DNA of 63,708 nucleotides, the filler included, from Reticulomyxa filosa (lineage: Eukaryota; Protista; Foraminifera): assembly GCA_000512085.1 (NCBI GenBank). It is 16 parts of 16 records of this genome, joined end to end, with 100 filler letters (N's around TTAATTAATTAA, not from the genome) between each part and the next. Parts side by side here need not be neighbours in the genome. Positions count along the whole stretch, not along the records: positions 1 to 4,877 come from ASPP01022528.1; positions 4,978 to 9,144 come from ASPP01021239.1; positions 9,245 to 15,727 come from ASPP01009840.1; 13 more parts are not named here. One strand, written 5' to 3'. Position numbers and translations under genes: made by a program. This document shows, in pieces, positions 1 to 12,860 of this stretch (position 1 is its first letter; each line of letters starts with the position of its first letter). The notes under the pieces are model-generated. The model saw nothing but the letters and a program-made list of their open reading frames with translations, did no database searches and was not told where the DNA came from.

Positions 1-1569
1 ACAGCACAAACTCGCATGATTTTCACAAAGGGTATTTTTGATTGGTCAATATTTTGTTAATTTTAAATTTGGCTTGACAGTAAACTTATATCTTCTTTGA
101 TCGTCCATATAGTCATATTGTGAGATGCCGTTTGCATTCCAAACTTTCTTTAGATTTTTTTTTAAAACTTTGAATTCTAATAAGTATCAATTCAGATTAC
201 TTTTTATTTACAATGTGAACAACTTACGTTAAGTAAAAAAAAAATATATATATATAATAATATTTTTAATATTATTAAAAGTTATTATAATTATATTTAT
301 ACAAAAAATAATTTATTTTAATTTTGAATTTAATATTATTTCTAAAAAATTTATTTCTAGTTCAAAATATTTATAAATTGATTTACTAATTTATAATATG
401 TTGTAATATCAATTGATATATCCATCATACATTTTATTCATAAATAATCACATATACTAACTCCTGTAAAGGGGTTTAAACTAGATTTTGTAAAATACAC
501 TTTCATTAGCTTGCCCTTTTTTTAGGGACATAAAGTAGACTGGAAGTAGTAACATGTTAGTTTAAGTTCTGCAATTAGACAGAAACTCAACAGTAAAACT
601 AATCCTATTGGCACTCCTTGTGTTGCCCAAGTTGGATAAAATATTTGTAAAATTTAAGTTTATATTTATTTTTTTTGTAAGAAAATGAACACAACATACT
701 AGAAAATCATTGCAACCTATGCTCATGGTGAGCAATTTCTCTAGAAATATGACTTTGTTCGAATCCATGATGTTGCATTAACAAAATAATGTTTATATTA
801 AGAAAAGGTGCATTTATGAATCATTTCAATATAGTAATAAAAAAAATGCAGTATATTATATAAAAAATAGTTATATTATTTTCAACAAAGATATCTAATC
901 ACAAAATATATAGTAATATAATTTGGTCGATTTATTAATAATATTTGGAAATATCATAATCATTTTGCCACAAAGAAGCGAAAATAAAGATGTTTGCCAT
1001 GTTAATGTTCAATAGTTATGCAAAATGTTTATGATATCATTTTGCAAGAACAACAAAAAAATGGTTTAAATGCAAAAAGTAAAATATCAAATATGAATGA
1101 TAATAAGATGTTATATCCCAATGAACTTTAGGCAAAGTTTCCATTTAGATTTGTTGGAACAAATTTAGATTTAATTTGCTTTTAGTGTGACTTTCCGTTA
1201 ACATTATTATCGGTGTTAGTTGAAACCCTTCCATCAGCAGCATTGTTTCGCCACGAGCCAATATATCCTCTTTTCTTTCATTTGTTTGATTTGAAGTTTT
1301 TATGATTGCATATTACCTTCCAAGGAATCATTTCTTTAATGATGAAGTCAAAACTAATTAAACCAAAAAACATAAATTAGAATAACAAATCAGAAGTTGA
1401 AGTTTGTTGTAATTCGTTCTGGCCAAATATGAATACAGTGGTTGTGAACTTGAAAAATGTAACTAGTAAGTGTTCTCAACCGCAGTATGCGAATGTCGGT
1501 TGTGCAGATACTGAAAGTAGCGCCGGAAGGAGATTTAAAGTATTGATGATGAACATGTTAGACCAAGTC

Positions 1570-1820
1570 TAGAAGAGCTTGTAGTACAAGTCCCTATTCT
1601 AAAGGCTTGAACTCGGGAGGACCCGAGGAACCCCCCAGTGGGTTAAACTTTTTTTAAACCTTCTTCACTTTGCCTTGTTTATTTTTTCCTCTTTTTCGTG
1701 TCATTTCTCTTTAATTTGTTTTAATTTACTTGTTTGTTGAAAATCAGGCTCTTTGAGCAAAAAGGCCCTTTCGTATTACAATTAGTGCGAACTCTTTTCT
1801 GGCTGACGTCTCACAAGCTG
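1570..1820. repeat. Dispersed repeat family A, copy 1
   Basis: Shares collinear blocks with 39425-39670: caagtcc..tgaactc, cagtgggttaaactt, ttcgtattaca, gacgtc.cacaa. Confidence 0.75.
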
Positions 1821-3454
1821 TTCAATTTTCTTCAAAACTGTGTGCTTACCAGCAGATCAAACGGTGTTCTTCTAAAAAAAAAAGGAAATATCATCTGCAA
1901 CAACCACGACTACCAGTCCCATACATTGTCTTTATATTTTTCTCTTTTTTACCATTCGATTGAATTTTGTATGGTTGTTTCAATAGAATTTTTTTAGCAA
2001 AATTTTGGAAAGAAGTTATTGAGAAACGCATAAGCAACTATCCATTATGTTGTACATATTAAACTAACTTTAATCAAAAAAGTTAGTTCATATAGCACAG
2101 ATGAATTGTTATGCGGCGAAACTTACATATTTCAATTTTAAATGTAGGAAATCAGAGTTAAGTCTTTTGAAAATGTTAATCAATTCATTTATAGGAGCTG
2201 CTTGTTCCAATTATTATGAATGGCTTAATTCCATTTTTTGAAAATATCCCAAATGTTTTTGTTAAGTGAAATTAATAGGAAAAAAAATGGTAAAGGCAAA
2301 TTGCTTAAAGAAGAAAAAGGCAAAAGAGGAAAATAGGGAGGTTATCCAGCTTTGCAAAATAATAAACAGATTTTTTATTGCATTTTGTGTATCAAACGTG
2401 AACAAACACATCATTCAGGAGTGAACTGAGCAAAGAAAACTTGCTCTTTTCCCCTCCTCGTCTGAATACTAAGGACAGACAAAAAAAAGGGGAAAATCAA
2501 AGAAGAAATGCAACAAGAAATTTTTAAAAATTGTCTTATGAACGTCTAAATTTACTGATGATGTGAAATAAGATCACTATTCCAATAAATCCCAAGCTCA
2601 TCATCAAAACCATTGATGGCCCCCTGTGTTAATTATTTTGTGTTTTTGAATATTTTTCTAAGGAAAACAAATAAACAAACAAAAATGATGTGTTTTTTGT
2701 TGTTGCATAGTTAACAGCTGGAGTCCTGGTGTATCACTGCTATAAACTCTGACAGCATTATTGGCTGGTTGTGGACCTCCCGCTTTGATCTTTCTTTGTT
2801 TGACAACTGGTCCTCTTGGCTATTGAAAAATTTGTTTTTTCGTGTAAAAACATTTCGCTCGTTGTGTACCAGAAAATTCGCTCTTTTGTTTTCACTCTTC
2901 AAGCGACGCTAAAAAAGATTTAAACGTAATACGAACTAACTGACCATTTTCAATCAAGATTATCCACAATAACGAAAGAAGCAAGATTATAATTTAATTG
3001 CAAAGCTCCAATTGGGGTGATTAAAAGTAGGATTGAGCTTTTCAATGTATACGTGAACCTTTGGAACCCAAAAGCGTCGATTGATTCCCTCACAAATAAA
3101 ACGATTTGGATTTTTGTTTGCAATTTAGAATTTATGATACTAATTAAAATTTTTCCTTTATGGGCTGTTTAATACATCTTCTTATTGTGGGGAATTTCTG
3201 CAATTTCTAAAATAATACAAGATTGTGTTTGAACGACAAAATATCAATTGTATTAACTACTTACACTTCAGCTATAAAAAAAGCTGTAAAACCTTTCATC
3301 TATATTAAAAATTGACGTCTTTTTTCTTCGGGCGGACGTACCACAAAACATTCAAGATTTCGGAGTAAAAAAAAGGGAAATAACTTAGATTGAAAGATAA
3401 ATATATATATGGTATTGTTCTTTTGTATTTTTTCTTTTAGAAGATGTTGAAGAA

Positions 3455-4432
3455 ATGGTTTAAAAACTTTTGACATTACAATTTTGGGGGTACAGAGTAA
3501 TACAAAAGGTGAATTACTGAAACTGCTGGTGATAGGTCCTCACCAAAGTGGCAAAACCTCAATAGTCTATCGATACTTGCATCGAGCATTTAATGAATCT
3601 CAGGAGGTAACAATAGGGATGGATATAGCTTCCAAAACAGTGAAAGTACATGATGAAATATTAAATATACAATTATGGGACATTGCAGGACAGGATAGAT
3701 TTATTGCCCTTGCTCCAGTTCAGATACACATAAAATGCATGCACAAATCTAATCAATAGATTTAACTAAAAAAAAGGGGGACATTGCCAAAAAAAAAAAA
3801 AAAGAAAGAAGGGGGGGGGAAACAAAAATAAAAAGACATATTATAGAAATGCGTTGGGGGCAATAGTAGTATTTGATGCAACAAACAAAGAATCATTAGA
3901 AAAAGCATTGAAATGGAAAGAACATTTAGATGACAAAGTCTGCTTGAAAAATGGGGACCATATTCCGGCTGTCTTATTCGCCAATAAAGTTTTCTTATTT
4001 CGTTTTGTTTTTTTTGTTAACCTTTTTGTGAATAGTGAGCCCCAACATATACATATACCATATATATTGTACATATTGTGCGTAATATATATATACATAC
4101 ATATATGTACATGTGGGATGCAATGTTATCAATCATGCAATTATGTATAATATAAACTGTGACAGTGGGATTTAATTGATGCAAATCCAGAAATGCAAAG
4201 CGTGACAGATGAGGTATTGCACGAGATGATAGAAGGACACAATTTTATTAATTGGTATCCGACGTCCGCCAAAAGTGAATTGAATGTTAAAAAAGGCATC
4301 AACTCTTTAATCCAACACATTGTGCGCAACACTAAAAATGGCAAGGATCAGGGAGATTCCAGATCTAGAGTTGATCTGCAAGCATCTGTTGACAATCCTA
4401 AGAATGATCGTTGTGGGGCGTGCGCGAGATAA
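3455..4432 (+). CDS. Rab32/38-like small GTPase (spliced)
   Basis: G1 GPHQSGKTS, TIGMD, WDIAGQDRF (WDIAGQ is the Rab32/38/29 signature), YYRNALGA, ANKWD across the intron, WYPTSAK, C-terminal CGACAR. Introns 3718-3835 and 3989-4165 keep frame. Probable start is ATG 3455 followed by a 38-nt intron (3458-3495); the start is less certain. Confidence 0.9.
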
Positions 4433-4877
4433 CGTGCACACGTCATTTACAAAATCAAATGATAGTCGCTTTTTCTTTTTTTTTTAAATAAACTCGCATT
4501 GAGCACATGAATCTTTTGTGTTCAATGCTTTTGTCTTCTTTCTTTTTTTTTATTTTGTCTGAGCACTCACTTCTTTCACGATATGATATTTACAGTTAAT
4601 TACACAACATTCAAGCGAATAATTCTGACTATTTTTTTTTCCAAGCAAGTTCAATTTTTTTTCTCCTTCTCCACAGCAATTTGTTTATAAAAAAATTAAC
4701 AAATGATGATAAATAAAAAAATTAAAAAATCTGGTACTAGACCTTTTTGTCAAACCCTTCAAAATGTATTTTTATAAAAAATATATACAAAATTTTGCTG
4801 TGCTGCATTTGTTATGAATAGTATAATTTAATAAAGTAATGCGTAAAAAGCATAATATATTTGGATTACTTGCCAAG

Positions 4878-4977
4878 NNNNNNNNNNNNNNNNNNNNNNN
4901 NNNNNNNNNNNNNNNNNNNNNTTAATTAATTAANNNNNNNNNNNNNNNNNNNNNNNNNNNNNNNNNNNNNNNNNNNN
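4878..4977. other. Artificial contig-join spacer (first of 15)
   Basis: 44 N + TTAATTAATTAA (stops in all six frames) + 44 N. Identical spacers at 9145-9244, 15728-15827, 17206-17305, 18549-18648, 30996-31095, 32451-32550, 35901-36000, 47873-47972, 50243-50342, 51509-51608, 53239-53338, 57959-58058, 59076-59175 and 60605-60704. Confidence 0.98.
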
Positions 4978-6160
4978 TTTTTTTTTTTTTTTTTTTTTTA
5001 CTTAGTTGCTTTTTAACATTCATTTTCCAAATGTTTTTAACGTAGTTTGTGATGGTGTTCTAATGCATTGCCTCACGAATTACTTTGTTTTGTGAGGACT
5101 GGGCATTTTTCTCAATTACTCTTTTGTATTCGACAACTGTTTCTTTTTGATCAGTTCAATTTGGATAAGAACAATACATAATGCACAAGAAAAAAAATGC
5201 TGAGGTTTATTCTCTTGCAATTCTGCTCTTCTTTTTTGTTTTCATTTTGTCACATTTTTATCTGCTTAACTCCCTTATTCAAAAACAGAAAATACAATTG
5301 AAAAAAAAACTCGGAAAAAAAATGAACCACGTCATAATTATTACTTTCGAAGATTGCATTTTTTTTACAAAACAACTTTTAGCATCCCTTTTGAATGCAA
5401 GCGGTGCTTATTTTTTTGGAAATTGTTGTTAAAATAACTCATGTTTGTAGCTGGACATGTTGCAGTGCATTCAATAAATTATCTGAGTTGTACTATAAAA
5501 AAACAAAAGTCATTTCTCAATTTTCCGTTATTAAATACCGTTTATTTTTTCTTTCGATGCTGGCAAAGACATAAAATGCTCTAATGCATTATATCTTAAT
5601 GCTTTTTTTTTCTGCTGACCAGTTTAGTTTATTCGCGCATGTGTTCTTGGATTTTTTGGTTTGAGTCCTAAGGGATCTTCAAAACTCTTTACTTAAAACG
5701 TTTTTGCTTCACCCTGAACACTTTTGTTATTCTTTTGCTTCATTTGCCTTTCTTTTTATTTGATAGCTTGTTATTTCGTGCATTTTAGGAACAAGCAACC
5801 GTCGTACACTTGCTGAGTGTTTGCCGTGTACTCACCTCAACGGCCAACTGTTGACCGTTTATTTTATTTGATTGAAGCTATTAAAAAATTGAATTTTTTA
5901 ACTTGGAGTACTTTAAATGTAGAGTATATTTGCCCACTGCATATAACTATTTAAGTTTACTTCTAGATTAACATTTTCAATTTAATGATATCACAAGACT
6001 TCACCATAAGCGACTTGCAATTAGATTCGGGTTCCTTCACAAACAATATATTTTTAAAATAAACTAAAAGTATAAGTTGAAAGTAAGTAAACAACAAACT
6101 TAAGTCAGAGTGAAGTGCTCAAAGGGAAAAAAGACCTTCTTTTTGTTTCTGGAGTTTCAA

Positions 6161-8770
6161 ATGAAAACTCGGATGTCCAAAACTGACGAACCAAGTATGG
6201 CATTATTTTTCTTTGTATTCTTGTGCATTTCGTTTTAAATAAAAACTATTTTTGTTTTGACTGAGGGTAGTTAAAAAGAAGTGTGACCGGGAAAAACTTG
6301 GAAACGTGTTGTTCGATTTGACGAACGCGCTGATAAACGTAGCAGACTTGCTCACAGATGTGTATGTGTTAGCACAATTTTATATAAAAGGCCGAATGAA
6401 TTTTTTTATGTTAGTTTGGTGATATTAATACTGGCACAATTGGCATATTGCTTCGCCTTTGTGGTAACTTTTTGCTCTGGAAAAAGCGCGGGAGCAAAGT
6501 TTTTTTTTTTTTTTTGGTAATGCCGATATCGTGGTCAATATCATTTATGCTTTATTTTACAAGCGATGAAAAATCATCTTTTAGTGCCTTCGTGACAAGA
6601 TTGGGATTTCGTGTGGCGAATAGTCCTAATCATGGTTCAAATGCTTCCAAACTGAAAAAGTGACTTTTGATCTATTTTTCTTGCAACAACAAAAAATTTC
6701 TTTGTTTCTCACAAAACAATGTATAGATGGGCAGCGCAGAAGTTTCACGAGCATGTTTGTTGACCTCGTTATATTTGCGTGTACACATATATACATATAT
6801 GTGCTTATCGTATTACATTTGCACCCAACAAAAAAAAAAAAAAAGAGATATGTGACATATTTTGGAAATGCAATGCCATTTATGTGGTCTTGTGGTTGTT
6901 GTGTCTTTGCAATATATACATATACGTGTGAATATGTATGAACTAGATGGGTTTTATTTTGGAAGCAGTTGTCGAAGGTTTTAATTTTATTTTTTTTTTT
7001 TTAAGACTTTTGTTTTTGAATGACCATAGCGAATATTGTGAACAAGTGGACAATTTTACAAACATCAAACAACAGCGTTCCCACAAGCGATATTGCAAAT
7101 GACAGCGCTTGTGCTGTACAATGAGGCCAATACAATATCCATCATCTCCATTCTAGTCTCCATGGCAAGCGTTTCCACCAAATCCTTGGTATTCATCAAG
7201 GCTCCTGAAAAGTATACTTTCATTTGGTCTTGGCTTTGCATTGTCACCGGTTTCGTACTTTTACTTATATTATATGCATATATGGGTGTATATTATATAT
7301 AAAAATATGAAAGCTAATATATAATAATAATAATAATAAATAGATTTCTTTGGAATATTTTTCACCGTGTCGTTAGTATTCCATCCGCCAAAAGTTGGCG
7401 GCGTCACATATGATCTTATGGCTACTCTTTTCTTTTATAAAATGGTGATCACAGTTTTGCCGCTTACTTTGTGGACAGCTTGCAACATATTTGTGACCTG
7501 GATTTTTGTATTCTTTTTCGACTACACGAACACTGCCGCAAATCATGGTCACGCCACCGCAATATGTCACATCATAATGAGCTGGATCATTGGACCCATT
7601 TGTTTCGTGGGTGGCACTATGCTTTTAGGAATGGCGTTTAGAAGAATGAAGAGGAGGAGGAAATTTTTTTTTTTTTTTTAAAATGCTACTTGATGAAATG
7701 AACTCTTCCATTGTCCAAACATCATAAATATGAAAAGACTTGAAATCGCGGTTTCTGTGTATATTGCACTTGCAATTGGCATGTTATCAACAAAACGAAT
7801 GCGGCTTAGTTTAGCATTTTGTGTTGGTTGTCTCACTTCAACGTGTAATGTAATAACATACAACTATAAAAAGATACGGAATCGGAATCCAGAGCATTAG
7901 AAGAATTAATTGATTTTGTACAAGGACGGGACGCAAATGTGCGTCTGGCATGTGCGAATCACGAACTGTATGTTAAAGCCGATTATCTGCGACAAGAGGC
8001 TAGCACTTTGTACCAACATGTTACACTGAAAAAACTGCGAGAATATGGAGACTCTGATTTTATAAAGAGTTTGGATATACGTGTATGTATTTGTGTTGTA
8101 CTATTGATGAATCATTCTAATTTATTTTTTTTTTTTGCAATTTAAAAATTATGTACGTGTATACATTTGATCGAGGAAAGAGTTTAAAGAATGGTACTTT
8201 GAGATATGGCTTGAGGTGTGGCGCGACGATGTTCAACATTTTGAATGTACACCTCGGAGCCACCATTTTTGGGTAGCGTTGTATCGCATCATCGTTATAT
8301 TTTGGATGACGTTTTTCTTTGGACCCATATATTTGCTGTCACGATTTTTGAACGTATTATTTCCAGCAATCTTTCTAGTGTATGTGTATTGGTATGATTT
8401 GTGGAATTATGTTGGGACACTCCAGCTTGTAATGACCATTATTTATGTCACATTGTTGATCATTTTGGGACTCCTTTTTATCAAAGTCTTTTACATTCAT
8501 TTTCTCATATGGTTACGTCTTCTTTTTTTTTTTTTTGCGAGTGTTTAGTAACTCACTTGTTTTTATGTTTGAAATAATAGGCATATCTCTTCTTTGTCCT
8601 TAACTCGTTCGTCACCACTGTCTCGTATTAAGGAGCGTTATGAGCTAGTGAAAATTATTCCCGTTCGCCAAAAAATATTGGTGGAGTTTTTGGGACCGGA
8701 TGTAGGCGGTCTTGTGGAAAGCTATTTACCAAAACTTGAGAACGGTTCTTTTTTAGGTCCTCTTTTCTAA
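6161..8770 (+). CDS. XK-related (XKR scramblase family-like) multipass membrane protein, multi-exon
   Basis: Spliced reading gives N-terminal ADLLTDVYVLAQFYIKG and LEAVVEAFPQAILQ (XK-family E-x-x-x-E-x-x-PQ-x-x-LQ motif, split by intron 6978-7075). Many hydrophobic segments lie in ORFs 7093-7302, 7367-7681 and 8216-8548. The last exon ends ...GPLF* at 8770. There is an apparent frameshift in the poly-T at about 6500. Confidence 0.7.
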
Positions 8771-9244
8771 TTTGAAAACTGCCCAAAGCTAATGAATAGA
8801 ACATTGTTGTTAGATAAAATCTAATATTTGGTCGTTTTATTCAACTGCCAAAAAGCTTTGTTGTTGTTAATACATTGCAAAATATAACAAAAATAAGTCG
8901 TGTGCTTTGCGTGACAAATTATATTCAAAGATCTCAATAGAGTGCACATTTAAGAATAATATCCCAATTGCAACAAATTGCTCAATTTAACTCCTTGATC
9001 AAGCATGTTTTATCAGCAAACTATTTTTGAAGAGGTAAACGCGTTAAATTTTCCTTTTCATAAGCAATTTTGCAAAAAAACCAAGACATAAAATAGAAAA
9101 AATTGTAGTTTAAAAAACAGCAAAAAATATATTCATTATCAAAANNNNNNNNNNNNNNNNNNNNNNNNNNNNNNNNNNNNNNNNNNNNTTAATTAATTAA
9201 NNNNNNNNNNNNNNNNNNNNNNNNNNNNNNNNNNNNNNNNNNNN

Positions 9245-9283
<39 letters not shown>

Positions 9284-9293
9284 CTTTGGTGCA

Positions 9294-11942
9294 ATGTCGG
9301 TGGACTTGGACTACTTGCAAGATACCAAAAATGTGACTGATAAAGGTGAGAGTTCAGTTGCGAAAGAAGGAAGAGACAAAGAGTCCGAAACAGACTTGTT
9401 AGATGCGCCTCGGGCGTCATCGGCACCAGCCCCTTCCCCCTCGCCAACATTGTCTCCAATGCCGTCAAGCGCGAATACAGCGATCATAAAGAAGACGGAG
9501 AGCAGGACGAAAGGCGCGACTCCATTGAAGAGGCACACCATTGGATCTACACCTACTGCCGTGACGAGTGAAGCCACAGTCAACACTGCAGCAGTATCCC
9601 AAAACAAAAATCAGTCATTGACCAAGAAAGTAAAGTCTGGTTATTACTGTCATTACTATACATATACATATATATATATATATGTATATATATTATATAT
9701 GTATATGTATATATTTTTTTTGACGAGAAAAGGCAAAGGGGGCGATATTTATTTAACACAATGAGTGACAATGTATTGTGATTAACATTTGTGCGTAGGA
9801 CTATGGAAGGGTGCATTGACAATAAAGACATCCAGTCCGATTCGCGCAATGTCGAAGCGCAACTCATCCCCATTGCCAGTGAGAAGTGGGAAGAGCACGA
9901 CCGTTTTGACAGTATAAAGTTGACAACAGATGACTTGTATCGAATAAAGCGAAATGCAGACGGAACCGCGCACGAGTTGACAATAATAATGCTCGGAGGG
10001 AGTCGAAGTGGGAAGACGAGTGTCGTGCGAAGGTTTGTGATGGATGTGTTCAGTCCGAAATACAAGCGTTCGGTGGGATGGAAGAAGTATCAGCGTCATT
10101 GCATAATGCCCATTGAGCTTCATGAACGAAGTTTGGCCGACACAAACGTGGACGTAATGTCCCGCGAGGCATCTCCGAATCCCGCTCCGTCCTCGGAACA
10201 AACGTATCTTTGGAATCATTTCGATTGGTCTGATGACGACATTGATACAATGGATAAGTCGCCATCGGACACGTGTGAAATGACAAGTGAGATAAGTGGG
10301 ATTGATTCGGACGTCAATGATAATGACAAGCCTATTACGACGACGACGACGACAACGAGAACTACAACAACAACAACAACAACAACAACAACAGCGACGA
10401 AACAGCGATTGAGTAATGCCAAAACACAACTTCGCATCACTCAAATGGACTTGGATATCACTTTGAATATAATTGACTTGGGCTTCCATGCCATTGCCGA
10501 CGATACCTTTTTTGAAAAGGTGAATGCGCTAGTCTTGGTCTGCGATGTGACCGACGCCTCGTCGTTGGACCACTTACTGTTCAAATATCAAGACTTTCTC
10601 AGCAAAGTGCCGCTGCTGCGTAAGCATCGCGCGTCGTCGGTATCCAGTGACACGCTGCGCCATTGCGCTGATCCCTCGCCTTTCATCCCTGTCATTGTCG
10701 CCGCCAACAAGTGCGATCTCAAATCCAAGCGCGTCATCTCTCATCAACATATTCGCACCTTTGTTCAAACCAAAATCCAACCCATTCTCGATGCGCATTG
10801 CTCGATCCATCAGAATTGTAACAATTCTACTCGTCATCAACACACTCACCAACATTCTCATTCTCATCCTCATTCTCATTCCCTTCGTCAGCCTCATCAA
10901 CATTCACATCAATATCCGCATCCACATCAATCTCAACATCCATATCAACCTCAACATTCATATCATCGTCAACTTCGAGAAGATGCCGACTTTGGAGAAT
11001 ATGATGAACAACTGTCTATTGACACCAATAGTGGCACGAATACTCCCAAACCCAATATCATGTCCACACCCATTACACCTTATCGATCCAGTGACATTGA
11101 CTATCATTCCAATGACAACTCTGCGCGCGGAGCGGCGAAAATGAAATTGATGAGTCCGTCCCCTGCTCTCGGAAATGACAGTCCTGTCAGCGTTTTTTCC
11201 AGACGTCAGTGTCATGACACTACCGTATGGAGTCCACCCTCTGTCGGCATGCTATGTGTTGATCAAGATGCCACTTGGAGTGATGACGAGTGTCATGATG
11301 CCACACCTTCAATTAGTGCCACGAATATCAATCCAAACCATCTAGACTCTGTCATAAAGGCAAAACTAATAGGCGATCCCTCACACAAAGAACTGAAAAC
11401 AGCGAAGCGATTGAAAGATATACTATTTCATTCACTTGAACCACAGGAAGACACTGGGAACAACGGAAGAGATCAAGAACAACCATGTCCGGAGGACGAT
11501 GACGAAAACGCAAATATTGATGCTAGAACTGACAGTGGCAGTGAAGACAAACTTGTTGATCAGGACTTGAATTCGGATCCTGCACACATCACCATTGTCG
11601 AATGTAGTGCTGCAAATGGAAAAAATGTTTCCAAAATTTTTGAAAAATGCATTCATAAGGTAAGAGGATGAAAGAAAAAAACAATTAGATATACATATAC
11701 TGTATGGGCTATACATACAAAAAACAAAAAAGCTTCTTCCATCGCGATTGACCGAAACGAAGCACAGGCGAAGGAAAACAACTGCGTTGGTTACGGCACC
11801 AATTTGGTTGCGGCAAATTGTGGATACGTTCACTCACTCGGATGAAGAGGACTCCTTTGTCACAAAAGAGTCGATTGAAAATGATAGAAGTGTTGTGTTA
11901 GACGATTACGAGGAAAAGATGCTGGAGTCCTCGCTCGATTAA
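9294..11942 (+). CDS. Atypical Ras-superfamily GTPase-like protein with large low-complexity inserts
   Basis: G1 GGSRSGKTS (9995), degenerate G3 IDLGF (10475), LVCDVTDASSLDHL, G4 NKCD (10706), G5 ECSAANGKNVSKIFE (11600). Introns 9635-9798 and 11660-11732 keep frame. No CAAX. The 5' end may extend into the gap. Confidence 0.8.
10337..10392 (+). repeat. (ACG)n/(ACA)n trinucleotide tract encoding poly-Thr
   Basis: Directly visible and in frame within ORF 9791-11671. Confidence 0.9.
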
Positions 11943-12860
11943 GGGTTAGTTATTTATGGTATTTTCATGATATTTTCGTATATTGGTTTTATTTTATTTT
12001 TTTTTGTTTGCGACTTAATACACAAGTGTTCAATACTCAATTTCAATCAACCCCATTGTATTTTTTTATTTTTTTAATTTATTTCTTGTCTTTTTTTTTG
12101 TTTGCTTCAATTTTCTTTCTTATTTTGTTTTATTCTTTCTTCTGATTATTTCCATGCTTCGAAGAAATGAACAAAGGATGAGATTGTGAATATCTACAAA
12201 CAAGTGTCTTTTTTTTAAGCTTTCTTTTTTTTTCCCCCTACGCTTTTTAGGGCTTTTTTTTGTTTTGTGTTGTTTTTCTTTTTCTTTTTCGTTTTTATTT
12301 TGAATATTTCCAAAACGTTGATGGTAATCGAACAATTTTTCAAGGTCGGACGCATACCATCAATTTAGAAAATTTGTGACCTTCAACTCCTGTATTTTTT
12401 CCTTTTTCTACTTGATCTTTTTCTTGTCTTAGAATAAGACAATATTTTACTCAATAACTCGAAATTAAAATCGCAACTGTTGAAATTTGAATTTTCATAC
12501 GAACTTACTGCTTCTTGGCTAGTTTCAAAAATGCTTACACAAAATAGCAAAAATTTTCAATTTTATGTACCATGTCCGAATATTCAATTACCTTTCGAAT
12601 TAAAAAAAAGAACACAATCCGGTAGAATCTGCATGCAAATGCTCCAAAAACACGACCAGCACAAAACGATAAAAATAACGTACTCATCCAAGAAATAATT
12701 ACAAACAACAAAAAGGAAAAACCGACTTTCAACATTGAACAAGACATCTCACTTCTTTTTTTTCCCTTCTTTCGCGCAATCTCACAATGCCATAGTCATC
12801 CAACAGGAAAGGAGGAAAGAGGCGACAGAACAACCGTGTCATGCAAATAAGAGGATCAAA

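Noticed and set aside
2709-2911. Exon-like GC-elevated segment
   Set aside because: No recognisable motif or consistent gene model.
4922-4933. Recurrent TTAATTAATTAA as a biological repeat, CRISPR repeat or piggyBac site
   Set aside because: It is always centred in exactly 44+44 N, so it is an assembly linker with stops in six frames.
9782-10903. Antisense ORFs (poly-Cys, poly-Val, MRMRM) as overlapping genes
   Set aside because: They are shadows of trinucleotide repeats in the plus-strand GTPase-like exon.
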